Positions 20,250-30,622 of a stretch of DNA of 64,000 nt are shown in pieces; position 1 is the first letter of the stretch, and each line of letters starts with the position of its first letter. The position numbers were made by a program, and so were the translations under genes. A model generated the notes under the pieces. That model was not told where the DNA came from and did not search any database. It saw only the letters and a list, made by a program, of their open reading frames with translations. Origin of the DNA: Alphaproteobacteria bacterium. GTDB lineage: Bacteria; Pseudomonadota; Alphaproteobacteria; UBA828. The stretch is from positions 2,080,001 through 2,144,000 of the forward strand of contig CBDEFM010000002.1 of NCBI GenBank assembly GCA_965237415.1, read 5' to 3'.

Positions 20250-21463
20250 CACGCCGCAGCCGCCAGGCGCGCGAGACGCGTATCGGCCCGCCACACCCCG
20301 ATGACGACCGCGAGACCGAGGGAGGACCAGACCAGCATCGTCCACCACGCTGCCTCCCAACCGCCCAGCGCCTCGGTCACCGCGGCGAGCAGGGGCGGGC
20401 CGAGCACGGCGCCGAGCGCGGCCCCCTGCGCCACGAAACCGCCCGCCATGGCGACCTGCGCCGGGCTGGGCGCATGCGCGATGCCGCCTTCGAAGCAGAC
20501 GGCGGGCAGCGGGCCGCTGGCCAGGGCGAAGCAGAGCGCCAGAGGTAACTTGGCATCGACGGGCGTGAACGGCGCGAAGAGCGCCGCCGCGCAGACTCCC
20601 ATGCCTGCGAAGGTGATCGCCAGCAGCGGCCAACGCGCGACGCCGCGCTGGATGAGCCCGGCGCAGGCCACCGAGCCGAAGGCGGTGACGAGGACGAAGA
20701 GCGCGGTGAAGAGCGCGGCGCCGGCGAGCGAGCGCGCTTGCGTCTCGATCAGGAAGGTCGGCAGCCATGCCATCAACGCCTGCCACTCGACGGCGAAAAT
20801 CGCGAAGCTCGCGCCGAACAGCCAGGGCCCCGGCCGCGCCAGCGTCGCGCGCACGCCGGCACCGTCGAAGCTCCCGCCTCTTACCGCCGGCGCCTGCCAG
20901 CGGCCCGGCGCGGCGCCCCAGAGGAAGACGAGCACGAAGACCAGAATGAGTCCCGAATTGAGGAACCAGAGACCGCGCCAGCCAATCGGCTCCAGCAGCG
21001 CGGTCGCGATCACGAGCGAGAGCGCGATACCGACCGGCATGTAGGTGCCCCAGACTCCGAGGAGGAAGCGGCGCACACCGGCATCCGTCGCGGTGACGAG
21101 CATCTTGGGCCCGACGACCGTGAGGGTGACGAAGCCGAAGCCCTCGACGATGCGGGCCGCGAGCAGCGGCGCCCCGCTTTCCGCGAACCCTCCCGCGAGG
21201 CCGGCGAGGGCCATCGCAGCCCCGCCCACGACGACCATCCGCCTGATGCCGAGCCGGTCCACGAGCAGCCCGCCCACGACGCCGAGGACGGCGCCGATGC
21301 CGTAGAACGACGACGCGATCAGCCCGGCGATGACGCGGGACAGGTCGAGCTCGGCCTGAAGCATGGGCAGCGCCGGCGGCACCTTGCCGACCTGCATGCC
21401 GACCATGTAGCCCGCCGCGAACGCGATCGCCACGATGTCCCAGCGGGTGCGCATAAGCGCCAC
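20249..21463 (-). CDS. MFS transporter (CynX-like)
   Basis: About 12 hydrophobic segments, GLLVDRLGIRR motif A, GKVPPALP. Confidence 0.85.
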   Translation of the reverse strand: MALMRTRWDIVAIAFAAGYMVGMQVGKVPPALPMLQAELDLSRVIAGLIASSFYGIGAVLGVVGGLLVDRLGIRRMVVVGGAAMALAGLAGGFAESGAPLLAARIVEGFGFVTLTVVGPKMLVTATDAGVRRFLLGVWGTYMPVGIALSLVIATALLEPIGWRGLWFLNSGLILVFVLVFLWGAAPGRWQAPAVRGGSFDGAGVRATLARPGPWLFGASFAIFAVEWQALMAWLPTFLIETQARSLAGAALFTALFVLVTAFGSVACAGLIQRGVARWPLLAITFAGMGVCAAALFAPFTPVDAKLPLALCFALASGPLPAVCFEGGIAHAPSPAQVAMAGGFVAQGAALGAVLGPPLLAAVTEALGGWEAAWWTMLVWSSLGLAVVIGVWRADTRLARLAAAA

Positions 21464-21465
21464 GA

Positions 21466-23667
21466 TCAGCGCCGCCGGCGCGGCCTCCCGCGCCGCCCGC
21501 CGTCACGGCCCGCTGCCGCCCAGGCCTCCCCATCTACGGCGATAAGCGAGAAGGTCAGGCCGCCGGCTATGGGGTCTGCCTCTTGCAGCGACACGACCAC
21601 CGGATCGCCCAGGCAAAGCGTGCGGCCATCGACATCGAGCGTCTGGCGCCTCGCATCGAAGCGCGGCCTGTTGGCGCCGAGCGTGCGGGCGGGGACGAGC
21701 CCCTCGGCCCCGGTCTCGTCGAGGGAGACGAAGACGCCGAAGCGCGTGACGCCTGCGATACGGCCGTGGAACTCCGCGCCCAGGCGATCGGCCAGGTAGG
21801 CGGCGCAATAGCGATCCAGGGCATCGCGCTCCGCCGCCTGCGCGCGCCGCTCGGTCGAGGAGATGTGCGTGCCCACGGGCTCCAGCGCCGCCTCCTCCCC
21901 GCGCGCGGACCCACCTGGCACGAGGCCGTAGGCGTCGATCAGGGCGCGGTGCACCAGCAGATCGGCATAGCGGCGGATCGGCGAGGTGAAGTGGGCGTAG
22001 CGCACGAGGCCGAGCCCAAAGTGGCCGATGTTGCGGGGGCTGTAGGCCGCCTTCGCCTGGGCGCGCAGGATCATCAGGCTGGCGACCCCGACATCTCTGG
22101 GGTCTTCGAGCAGGGCGAGGAACCGGTTGAAGGCATCGGGACGGACGGCGCCGCCTCGCGGCAGGGCGAGCCCGCGGCCGCGGAGAAATTCGCGCAGCGT
22201 TTCGAGCTTCGCCGTGTCGGGCCGGTCGTGGACGCGGTACATGCAGGGCATGTGCTTGGCTTCGAGCGCGCTGGCCGCGGCGACATTCGCCGCGATCATC
22301 AACTCCTCGATCAGGCGGTGGCTGTCGAAGCGGCGCGCGAAGCCGATGTGCGCCACGGCGCCGTCGTCCGTGAGCGTGACGACGCGTTCCGGCAGGTCGA
22401 GATCGAGCGCGCCGCGGCGCTCCCGCGCTGCCCTGAGCGCGCCGTAGACACCGTAGAGCGCGGGGATCGTAGTCTGCACCGGCGCCTCCAGGCCATCGCC
22501 GCCCCGTTCTACTGCCTCCTGCACGCCGTCGTAGGTGAGCCGCGCGGCCGAGCGCATGAGCGCGCGTTCGAAGCGCCAATCGCGCACCGTGCCCTCCGCG
22601 TCGATTTGGAGATGTGCGGCGAGGCAGGCGCGGTCTTCGCCGGGCCTCAGCGAGCAGAGACCGGCGGAGAGCGCCTCCGGCAGCATCGGCACCACGCGGT
22701 CGGGGAAATAGGCGGAGTTGCCGCGCTCCCGCGCGGCCTTATCGAGGGCGCTGCCCGGCCGCACGAAATGGGCCACGTCGGCGATGGCGACGACCGCACA
22801 CCAGCCGCCCGGATTGTCCGGCGCGGAATCGGCCTCGGCCCAGACCGCGTCGTCGAAATCGCGGGCATCCGCGCCGTCGATGGTCACCAGGGGGAGTGCG
22901 CGCAGGTCCGATCGCCCGTCGAGACCCGGCGCCGCCATGTGCTCGGCCTCCGCCAGCGCCTCGTCGGAGAAGTCGACCGGCAGGCCGTGGCCGTGGATGG
23001 CGGCCAGACTGATCGCGCCCGGCGAGCCCGCGTCGCCCAGCCGCTCGACCACCCGGGCATCGGGCAAACCGAGGCGGCGGCCCTCGCGGGTCTCGCCCAC
23101 CACCAGCTCGCCGGAGCGGGCGCCGGCGGTCTCCTCCGCCCGCACCGCGAAATCGCGGCGCAGGCGACGGTCGGCCGGTTCGATCGTGCCGCCGCCCCGC
23201 CCGTCGGCATGGAAGACCCCGACCACCCGGCGGGGGCCCGAATCGAGCACGCGCATGGGGCGTGCCTGGTAGCCACCGTCGGGCGCCGGTCTGAGCCGCG
23301 CGAGCACGCGGTCGCCCTCCCCCGGCTCCCGCACGCCGCGGGGCGCGGGGTCGAGCGTGATCGGCGGCGGCGGACCGGGTGACTCCCACCCGGCGGGCCG
23401 GGCCGTGAGCGCGCCGTCGCTGTCGAGCCCCTCCACCACCAGTACGGTGACGGCCGGCAGCCTCCCGTCAGACCGGCGCCGCCTGCGCCGGCCTTCGAGC
23501 GCGCCTTCCGCTTCCAGCGCGCGCAGGAGCTCCGTCAGCGCGGCGCGGTCGTTGCCGCGGATGCCGAAGGCACGCGCGATCTCGCGCCTGCCGACCTTGC
23601 CCGGGCTCTCCCGGACAAAGCGCAGAACCTCATCCTTGCTTGGAAAGGGAGCCGGCTTGCTCGCCAA
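21466..23667 (-). CDS. rnr: ribonuclease R
   Basis: TIDGADARDFDDAV, AIADV, RGNSAYFP, HFGLG..YAHFTSPIRRYADL, S1 domain. Confidence 0.95.
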   Translation of the reverse strand: MASKPAPFPSKDEVLRFVRESPGKVGRREIARAFGIRGNDRAALTELLRALEAEGALEGRRRRRRSDGRLPAVTVLVVEGLDSDGALTARPAGWESPGPPPPITLDPAPRGVREPGEGDRVLARLRPAPDGGYQARPMRVLDSGPRRVVGVFHADGRGGGTIEPADRRLRRDFAVRAEETAGARSGELVVGETREGRRLGLPDARVVERLGDAGSPGAISLAAIHGHGLPVDFSDEALAEAEHMAAPGLDGRSDLRALPLVTIDGADARDFDDAVWAEADSAPDNPGGWCAVVAIADVAHFVRPGSALDKAARERGNSAYFPDRVVPMLPEALSAGLCSLRPGEDRACLAAHLQIDAEGTVRDWRFERALMRSAARLTYDGVQEAVERGGDGLEAPVQTTIPALYGVYGALRAARERRGALDLDLPERVVTLTDDGAVAHIGFARRFDSHRLIEELMIAANVAAASALEAKHMPCMYRVHDRPDTAKLETLREFLRGRGLALPRGGAVRPDAFNRFLALLEDPRDVGVASLMILRAQAKAAYSPRNIGHFGLGLVRYAHFTSPIRRYADLLVHRALIDAYGLVPGGSARGEEAALEPVGTHISSTERRAQAAERDALDRYCAAYLADRLGAEFHGRIAGVTRFGVFVSLDETGAEGLVPARTLGANRPRFDARRQTLDVDGRTLCLGDPVVVSLQEADPIAGGLTFSLIAVDGEAWAAAGRDGGRRGRPRRRR

Positions 23668-23682
23668 GACCGCCGCGCGCCG

Positions 23683-26304
23683 CTAGGGCGCGCCGCCGGT
23701 TGGCGCGTCCGCTTGCCGCCGCGAGGCGCGCTTCGCCTTCGCCCGCCCTGTCCCGCCGGCCTTGGTCGCCGCCGGCTTCCGCTTGGCTCCGGCGGTCTTC
23801 GTCTTCGCACCGCCCTTGGCCGCCTTGGCGGCGAGCAGCGCGACGGCCTCTTCGAGGGTGAACGCGTCGGCGGACGCGCCCTTGGGCAGCGAGGCGCGCA
23901 GCCGGCGATGCTGGACATAGGGTCCGTAGCGGCCGCTGCAGAGCCGCACGGACTCGCCACCCTCGGGATGAGCGCCGAGCTCGCGCAGCACGCGGGCGCC
24001 CCCCTTCTTCTCGGCGATCAGCACCACCGCCCGGTTCAGGCCCACCGTCAGCACGTTCTCGCCGCGCGGCAGCGAGCGATAGGCGCCGTCGTGCTTGACG
24101 TAGCCGCCGAAGCGGCCGATCCCGGCCGTGATCGGCTTGCCGGTCTCGGGATGAGTCCCGACCTCCCGCGGCAGTGCGAGCAGGCCGAGCGCCGTCTCAA
24201 GATCGACCAGGTCCGGCGCCAGGTCCTGAGGCAGGGAGACCCGCTTGGGCTTCTCCTTGGACGATTCCTCGACGCCGCGCTCGACATAGAGGCCATAGGG
24301 GCCGCGCTTCAACGCGACCGGCAGGCCGCTCGCCGGGTCGTTCCCGAGCGTGCGGGGCTCCGCAGCCTCGTCGCCGCCATCGGCGAGCGGGCGGGTGAAG
24401 CGGCAGTCGGGATAGTTGGCGCAGCCCACGAAGGGGCCGTAACGCCCGAGCTTGAGGCCGAGCCGTCCGTCCTCGCACGAAGGGCAGCGGCGATCCTCCC
24501 CGCCATCCTCGGCCGGGAACAGGTGCCGGCCGAGGGTCTCGTCGAGGGCATCGAGGACCTGCTTGACCCGGAGTCCCTTGGTCTCCTCCACCGCCCCGGC
24601 GAAGTCGCGCCAAAAATCGCCCAGCACCGCCCGCCAGTCGATCTCGCCGGCGGAGATGGTATCGAGCTGGCCTTCGAGCGAAGCCGTGAAGTCGTACTCG
24701 ACATAGCGGCTGAAGAAGCTCTCCAGGAACACCGTGACGATGCGCCCGCGGTCCTCCGGCACGAAGCGGCGCTTCTCCAGACGCACGTAATCGCGGTCCT
24801 GCAACACCGAGATGATGGCGGCATAGGTGGAGGGGCGGCCGATGCCGAGCTCTTCCAGCCGCCTCACGAGGCTCGCTTCTGAGAAGCGCGGCGGCGGCTC
24901 GGTCACGTGCTTGTTGGGAGTGACGCCGGCGACCGCCATCGCCTCGCCCTCTTTCACCGCCGGCAGCGCGCGCTCGTCATCCGCGCCGTCGCCGTTGTCG
25001 CGCCGGGCATCGTCCCGGCCCTCCTGATAGACGCGGAGGAACCCGTCGAAGGCGACCGTCGCGCCGGTGGCGCGCAGGCCGACGCGGCCGTCGCCGGAGG
25101 CGATGTCCACGCTCACCCGGTCGATCTCGGCGCTTGCCATCTGGCTCGCGAGCGCGCGCTTCCAGATCAGCTCGTAGAGCCGCGCCTGATCCCTGTTGAG
25201 CGCGGCCGAGAGCGAGCGCGGGTCGCGGGCCAGATCGGTGGGGCGGATCGCCTCGTGCGCCTCCTGCGCATTCTTCGCCTTGGCGCGGTAGCGGCGGGGC
25301 TTTTCCGGCACATAGGCCTGGCCGTAGCGCCGCCCGATCACGTCCCGCGCCTGGCGCAGCGCCTGCTCGGCGATTTGTACGCCGTCGGTCCGCATATAGG
25401 TGATGAGGCCCACCTGCTCGCCACCCACCGCAATACCCTCGTAGAGCTGCTGGGCCACCTGCATGGTGCGCCGCGCGGCGAATCCCAGCTTGCGCGAGGC
25501 TTCCTGCTGCAGGGTCGACGTGGTGAAGGGCGGCGCCGGATTGCGCTTGACGCGCTTCGGCTCGACGGCGGCGATGCGGTAGCGGCCGGTCTTGACGAGC
25601 GAAGCGGCCCGCTCAGCCGCTTCCTGGTCGCCGAGCGCATACTTGCCGAGCTTTTCGCCGTCGAGGGCCGCAAGCCGGGCGACCATGCGCTCGCCCCTGG
25701 GCGTGTCGAGATCGACCTCGATCGACCAGTACTCGCGCGGCTTGAAGGCCTCGATCTCGACCTCGCGCGCGCAGATCAGCCGGAGCGCGACGGACTGCAC
25801 GCGGCCCGCCGAGCGCGAGCCGGGGAGCTTACGCCACAGCACCGGCGACAGCGTGAAGCCCACCAGATAATCGAGCGCGCGGCGCGCCTTGTAGGCGTCG
25901 ATCAGATTGTCGTCGAGGTCGCGCGGCTGGGCCATGGCATCGAGCACGGCGCTCTTGGTGACCTCGGTAAAGACCACGCGTTGCACGGCGACGCCGTCCA
26001 ACAGCCCCCGGCGGCCGAGCTCGTCCCTCACATGCCAGGAGATCGCCTCGCCCTCGCGGTCGGGGTCGGTGGCGAGGAAGAGCCTATCCGCGCCCCGCAG
26101 CGCCCTGCCGATGGCGCCGATGTGCTTCTCGGCCCCGTCGGAGACGGTCCAGTCCATGGCGAAGGCATCGTCCGGCCGCACCGAGCCATCCTTGGGCAGG
26201 AGGTCGCGGACATGGCCGTAGGACGCCACGACCGTGTAGCCCGGCCCCAGGTACCTGCCGATGGTTGACGCCTTGGTAGGCGATTCGACGACGACGACGT
26301 TCAT
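23683..26304 (-). CDS. topA: DNA topoisomerase I
   Basis: VVVESPTKA, ATDPDREGEAI, SAGRVQS, GLITYMRTD, AQEAHEAIRPT, GIGRPSTY. Confidence 0.97.
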   Translation of the reverse strand: MNVVVVESPTKASTIGRYLGPGYTVVASYGHVRDLLPKDGSVRPDDAFAMDWTVSDGAEKHIGAIGRALRGADRLFLATDPDREGEAISWHVRDELGRRGLLDGVAVQRVVFTEVTKSAVLDAMAQPRDLDDNLIDAYKARRALDYLVGFTLSPVLWRKLPGSRSAGRVQSVALRLICAREVEIEAFKPREYWSIEVDLDTPRGERMVARLAALDGEKLGKYALGDQEAAERAASLVKTGRYRIAAVEPKRVKRNPAPPFTTSTLQQEASRKLGFAARRTMQVAQQLYEGIAVGGEQVGLITYMRTDGVQIAEQALRQARDVIGRRYGQAYVPEKPRRYRAKAKNAQEAHEAIRPTDLARDPRSLSAALNRDQARLYELIWKRALASQMASAEIDRVSVDIASGDGRVGLRATGATVAFDGFLRVYQEGRDDARRDNGDGADDERALPAVKEGEAMAVAGVTPNKHVTEPPPRFSEASLVRRLEELGIGRPSTYAAIISVLQDRDYVRLEKRRFVPEDRGRIVTVFLESFFSRYVEYDFTASLEGQLDTISAGEIDWRAVLGDFWRDFAGAVEETKGLRVKQVLDALDETLGRHLFPAEDGGEDRRCPSCEDGRLGLKLGRYGPFVGCANYPDCRFTRPLADGGDEAAEPRTLGNDPASGLPVALKRGPYGLYVERGVEESSKEKPKRVSLPQDLAPDLVDLETALGLLALPREVGTHPETGKPITAGIGRFGGYVKHDGAYRSLPRGENVLTVGLNRAVVLIAEKKGGARVLRELGAHPEGGESVRLCSGRYGPYVQHRRLRASLPKGASADAFTLEEAVALLAAKAAKGGAKTKTAGAKRKPAATKAGGTGRAKAKRASRRQADAPTGGAP

Positions 26305-26339
26305 TCTGAAACGATTTCCGGTAGCGCCTGTGGGCGGCG

Positions 26340-27488
26340 CTACGCCGCCGGCTGGGAGTGTGAGACGCGGTTGCCCGGATGTCTGTCCAGGCGTCCCGCC
26401 AACTCAAGCTCCAGCAAAATGGTCGCCACCATCGCGGGAGTCAACCGGCTCTGACGCACCAGAAGGTCCACCGGCACCGGGTTCGGCCCGAGCAGGGCGG
26501 CCACAGTCTCGCGGGCGTCGGCCGGCGCCTCGTCCTCCTCGGGCACGCCGAGAGCGGCGTCGGAGGGCCACTGTTGCCTGGGCTCGCCGAGCACCGGGCG
26601 GCCGCCTTCGGCCAGCGCATCGAGCACGTCATCCGCATTCTCCACCAGCGTCGCTCCTTGTCGGATCAAGCCGTTAGGGCCGCTCGCGCGGGGGTCGAGG
26701 GGCGAGCCGGGGACCGCCATCACCTCGCGGCCCTGCTCCAGCGCGAGCCGCGCCGTGATCAGCGAGCCCGAGCGCGCCGCCCCCTCGACGACCACCACGC
26801 CGCGGGAGAGGCCCGCGATGATGCGATTGCGGCGCGGGAAGTGGCGCCCCATGGGCACGGTGCCGAGCGGCGCCTCCGAGATCGCCGTGCCCTCCGCCAG
26901 CAGCCGCTCGAAGAGCGACCGGTTCTCCTTGGGATAGACCACGTCCACGCCGCCGCCCATGACCGCCACGGTGCCGGTCTCGATTGCGCCGGCATGGGCG
27001 CGGGCGTCGATGCCTCGCGCCATGCCCGAGACCACGGTGAGACCGGCCGCGCCGAGATCGGCCGCCAGACGTTCCGCGAAGTGCATCCCGTTCGCCGACG
27101 CGTTGCGCGCGCCCACCACCGCGATGGACTCGGCCAGCAGCAAATCCGCACGGCCCCGCAGGGCGATGACCGGGGGCGGGTCGGCGATGGCGGCGAGCGC
27201 CTGGGGGTAGGCGGGCTCGACCAGCGCGATCATGCGCCCGCCGAGCGCGGTCAGAGCTTCGACTTCGCGCTCTGCGGCGGCACGCGAGCAGACCTTGATG
27301 GGACGCCGCCTGCCGCCGCGGCGGGCCAGCGCCGGCAACGCATCGAGCACTGCGGCGGGCGAGCCGAACCGGTCCAACAGTGCGAAAAAGGTGATCGGGC
27401 CTACGTTCTCGCAACGGGCGAGACGCAGCCAATCGAGGCGCTCAGCCTCCGAGAGCGTGCGGCGCTCGGTGGTGTCGGCGACGTTCAT
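26340..27488 (-). CDS. dprA: DNA-processing protein DprA
   Basis: AVVGARNAS, VSGMARGID, HFPRRNRII, SGSLITA; canonical position between plsY and topA. Confidence 0.95.
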   Translation of the reverse strand: MNVADTTERRTLSEAERLDWLRLARCENVGPITFFALLDRFGSPAAVLDALPALARRGGRRRPIKVCSRAAAEREVEALTALGGRMIALVEPAYPQALAAIADPPPVIALRGRADLLLAESIAVVGARNASANGMHFAERLAADLGAAGLTVVSGMARGIDARAHAGAIETGTVAVMGGGVDVVYPKENRSLFERLLAEGTAISEAPLGTVPMGRHFPRRNRIIAGLSRGVVVVEGAARSGSLITARLALEQGREVMAVPGSPLDPRASGPNGLIRQGATLVENADDVLDALAEGGRPVLGEPRQQWPSDAALGVPEEDEAPADARETVAALLGPNPVPVDLLVRQSRLTPAMVATILLELELAGRLDRHPGNRVSHSQPAA

Positions 27489-28135
27489 TGGCCCTCCGGG
27501 GGTTCGGCCTCAGGCGCGGCCGGGGTGCTCCGGCCGATGCGGGGCTCGCGGCCCCGCGCGAGGCGCACGATGTTTCCCCCATGGCGCAGCGTGACGATGA
27601 CCGCGAGGAAGCCGGCGAGCCACGCGATCTGCGGCATGTCGAAGACGAGCGCGAACCCCGGCGCCGCACATATCGCAATCATTGCGGCGAGGGACGAATA
27701 GCGGAAGAGTCCGGCGACGGCGAGCCAGAGGCCGCAGGCGATCAAGCCCACCGGCCACGCGATCGCGAGCAGAACGCCGAGGGTCGTGGCCACGCCCTTG
27801 CCGCCCTTGAAGAGCAGCCAGATCGGCGCGATGTGGCCGACGACAACGGCGCCGGCGGCGATCACCGCCATGTCGGGGCCGAAGCGCTGGGCGATGACCA
27901 CAGCGACGGCGCCCTTGCCGCCATCGAGCAGCAGGGTGAGCGCCGCTGCCGCCTTGTTGCCGGTGCGCAGAACATTGGTGGCCCCGATATTGCCCGAGCC
28001 GATGCGGCGCAGGTCGCCGAGCTTGAAGAGGCGCGCCACGATCAGCCCCATGGGGAGCGCGCCGATCAGATAGGCGATGACCCCGCCGGCGTAGAACGGC
28101 CACGTAAAGGCGATGTTGCCGAGCGGATCGGGCAC
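27485..28135 (-). CDS. plsY: glycerol-3-phosphate acyltransferase PlsY
   Basis: DLRRIGSGNIGATNVLRTG, GHIAPIWL, KGGKGVAT; GTG start at VPDPLG inferred. Confidence 0.93.
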   Translation of the reverse strand: MPDPLGNIAFTWPFYAGGVIAYLIGALPMGLIVARLFKLGDLRRIGSGNIGATNVLRTGNKAAAALTLLLDGGKGAVAVVIAQRFGPDMAVIAAGAVVVGHIAPIWLLFKGGKGVATTLGVLLAIAWPVGLIACGLWLAVAGLFRYSSLAAMIAICAAPGFALVFDMPQIAWLAGFLAVIVTLRHGGNIVRLARGREPRIGRSTPAAPEAEPPEGQ

Positions 28136-28197
28136 CGGCGCCGCCCCCCGGCTAGTGTCCCGTCCCGGATATACGCGCCAGCAACGCTGTCCGCCCA

Positions 28198-28288
28198 CCG
28201 TCATGCCCGGACTTGTTCCGGGCATCTCGTCGCGCCGGGGGAGGCCGGGCATCCTCGTGGATGGCCGGGACAAGCCCGGCCATGACGG
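28198..28288. repeat. REP/REPIN-like inverted pair of the alphaproteobacterial GTCATG-CCGG type
   Basis: ccgtcatgcccggacttgttccgggcatc ... gatggccgggacaagcccggccatgacgg: two hairpin units in inverted orientation. Confidence 0.85.
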
Positions 28289-28334
28289 GAAAGGGAACGC
28301 TGGAAGCAGTCATGTCTGTTTCCGGGACACGACG

Positions 28335-29366
28335 CTAGGGCCGCATGATCATGCGGCCGAAGAAGTTGCGGCTCTCCATGAGCTCGTGAGCCGCAGACGC
28401 CTCGCTCAGGGAGAAGGTCTGGTGGATCACGGGCTTGAGATGGCCCTCCGCCATCAGCCGGAGCGCCTGCTCGACATGGGTCTTGGTCGAGCGCCCGCAG
28501 CCGTGCACCGAGATGTGCTTGCGGAAGAACTCGATGAAGTCGATCTCCACCCGCTCGCCGCCGTGGGCGCCGATGGTCGCGAGCCGGGCGCCGGGTGCGA
28601 GCGCATCGATGGCACCCACCAGGATCGCGCCGCCGGTCATCTCCAGCGCCGCATCGACGCCGCGGCCATCGGTGAGCCGCCGCGCCGCGTCGCCGATACC
28701 CTCGCGGGTGTAGTCGATTGCAGCGTCGGCGCCGAGGGCACGAGCCTTCTCCAGCTTCTCCTCGGAGCCCGCGGCGGCGATCACCCGTGCGCCCGCGAGC
28801 TTCGCGATCTGCACCGCGGCGGAGCCAACGCCGCCGCCCGCCGCCGTGATCAGCACCGTCTCGCCCGGGCGGAGGCCGATCTCCTCGATCAACGCCTCCC
28901 AGGCCGTCGCGAAGGGAATTTGACCGGCCACCGCATCCTCATAGGAAAGCGCGTCGGGGATGCGGACAACGTGGTCGTGGCGCACCTTTACGTACTCGGC
29001 ATAGCCGCCCCAATGGGTGACGCCCAGCACGCCGGCGTTCATGCACAGATTCTCGCGGCCGTCGCGGCAGTCGCCGCAGGCGCCACAGCTCAGCATGAAG
29101 TGGGGTGCGACCCGGTCGCCCTCGTCGAACCCCGTCACCCCGGCGCCGACGTCTGCAACGGCGCCAGCCGCGTCGACCCCCATGACGTGCGGCATGGAGC
29201 TTTCCACGCCGAAGAGACCCTTGCGCAGGTCGGTATCGCAATGGTTCACGCCGGAGGCATGGACCTTGATGAGGAGCTCGCCGGGACCCGCCGCCGGCGT
29301 CTGCACATCCTCGTAGACGAGCGTATCGAACGCCTCGCCATAGCCGTGAATCACCGCAGCCTTCAT
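28335..29366 (-). CDS. zinc-binding alcohol dehydrogenase / quinone oxidoreductase family
   Basis: GVNHCD, CGACGDC..GRENLC structural Zn site, AAGGGVG. Confidence 0.9.
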   Translation of the reverse strand: MKAAVIHGYGEAFDTLVYEDVQTPAAGPGELLIKVHASGVNHCDTDLRKGLFGVESSMPHVMGVDAAGAVADVGAGVTGFDEGDRVAPHFMLSCGACGDCRDGRENLCMNAGVLGVTHWGGYAEYVKVRHDHVVRIPDALSYEDAVAGQIPFATAWEALIEEIGLRPGETVLITAAGGGVGSAAVQIAKLAGARVIAAAGSEEKLEKARALGADAAIDYTREGIGDAARRLTDGRGVDAALEMTGGAILVGAIDALAPGARLATIGAHGGERVEIDFIEFFRKHISVHGCGRSTKTHVEQALRLMAEGHLKPVIHQTFSLSEASAAHELMESRNFFGRMIMRP

Positions 29367-30376
29367 CGCCTCCCTCCCGCAACCCGGACCCTTGCGCGCC
29401 TCTCCGCCGGGGCAGTCATTGCTGCCACCGCCGCGGCGGCCCGATGGACGCTCGTGTGCCGGCGCGCGAGGCGGTCGAGATCGTCAGCATAGCCTCCGCC
29501 GACCACGCAGGCAGTCGGCACCCCGGCCGCGCGGCAGGTCTCGATCACGTAACGGTCGCGCCTGGCAAGCCCCTCGTCGCCGAGGGCGAGCCGGCCGAGC
29601 TTGTCCTCCCAATGGGGATCGACTCCGGCATTGTAGAACACGATGTCCGGCCGATGGCGGGCGATGAGGGTCGGCAGGTGGGTCGCGAGCACCGAGTGAT
29701 AGACCCCATCGCCGGTGCCGGGCGGGACGCCGATGTCGAGATCGCTCGTCTCCTTGGCCGGCGGATAGTTCGCCTCGCAATGGAGCGAGAAGGTGAAGGT
29801 CTCCGGCTCGCCCTGGAAGATCGCGGCGGTGCCGTCGCCCTGATGGACGTCGAGATCGACCACCAGCGCCCGCTCGATCAGCCCCTCCTGGCGCAGAACG
29901 CGGATCGCGACGGCGACATCGTTGAAGAGGCAGAAGCCCGCGCCATGATCGGCGAAGGCGTGGTGGCTGCCGCCGGCGGTGTTGCAGGCAAGCCCGTGGG
30001 CGAGCGCGAGACGGCCGGTAAGCACGGTGCCGCCGACCGCCGCACGGCCGCGCCGCACCAGTGGGGCCGAGAGCGGCAGACCGAGGCGGCGCACCGCGCG
30101 CCGGTCGAGCGCCAGCGCCAGCACCGCCTCCACATACGCGTCGTCATGGGCGAGGGTGAGCCACGCGCGGGACGCAGGCAGAGGCTCGACGAGGCTCGCC
30201 GGCGAAATCACGCCGTCCTCAAGCAGCACGTCCTTGATCCGGCCGAACTTCCCGATGGGAAAGCGATGGCCGGGCGGCAGCGGGACCGTGTAGTCCGGGT
30301 GGAAGACGACCGAAAGAGCCACAGGCGCCGTTTGCAAAGCTATAGGATGGACAGCACGTTCTCGGGCGGACGGCAT
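29363..30376 (-). CDS. histone deacetylase family protein
   Basis: [39 protein letters not shown]; true start may be GTG at 30322. Confidence 0.9.
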   Translation of the reverse strand: MPSARERAVHPIALQTAPVALSVVFHPDYTVPLPPGHRFPIGKFGRIKDVLLEDGVISPASLVEPLPASRAWLTLAHDDAYVEAVLALALDRRAVRRLGLPLSAPLVRRGRAAVGGTVLTGRLALAHGLACNTAGGSHHAFADHGAGFCLFNDVAVAIRVLRQEGLIERALVVDLDVHQGDGTAAIFQGEPETFTFSLHCEANYPPAKETSDLDIGVPPGTGDGVYHSVLATHLPTLIARHRPDIVFYNAGVDPHWEDKLGRLALGDEGLARRDRYVIETCRAAGVPTACVVGGGYADDLDRLARRHTSVHRAAAAVAAMTAPAERRARVRVAGGRR

Positions 30377-30415
30377 AGCCCGGATTTCTCGCCACGGTCA
30401 CGGCCTGCGTCGCGT

Positions 30416-30599
30416 TAGTGGCAGTCTGTCCCCGCGCCGCGATGTCAAGTCCAGCCTAACCGGTTGTTGCAAGGTCATATTGCACCATCTGGCCCTTCCT
30501 GCACGAACACCGACGACAGCAAGGTGTAAGCAAGCCGCAAGAGGATTGAGAATTACTCCCGCGTATCACAGGGCGCCCGGGTCATATCAATGTCCATCT
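30416..30599. repeat. 184-bp non-coding element, copy A (left island boundary)
   Basis: Gap-free alignment to 43370-43553, ~83% identity by hand count (31 mismatches). Confidence 0.8.
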
Positions 30600-30622
30600 C
30601 AGCGGGCCGGGTAGGAGAGGTC

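Noticed and set aside
1714-28285. Many long antisense or alternative-frame ORFs (e.g. 1714-3684 +, 3137-5233 +, 16032-18479 +, 21583-23382 +)
   Set aside because: Arg/Pro/Gly-rich shadows of real genes in high-GC DNA, with no family motifs.
30454-30480. Integron attC site (GCCTAAC here and at 43408)
   Set aside because: No matching downstream GTTRRRY with a complementary stem, and no IntI-type integrase.
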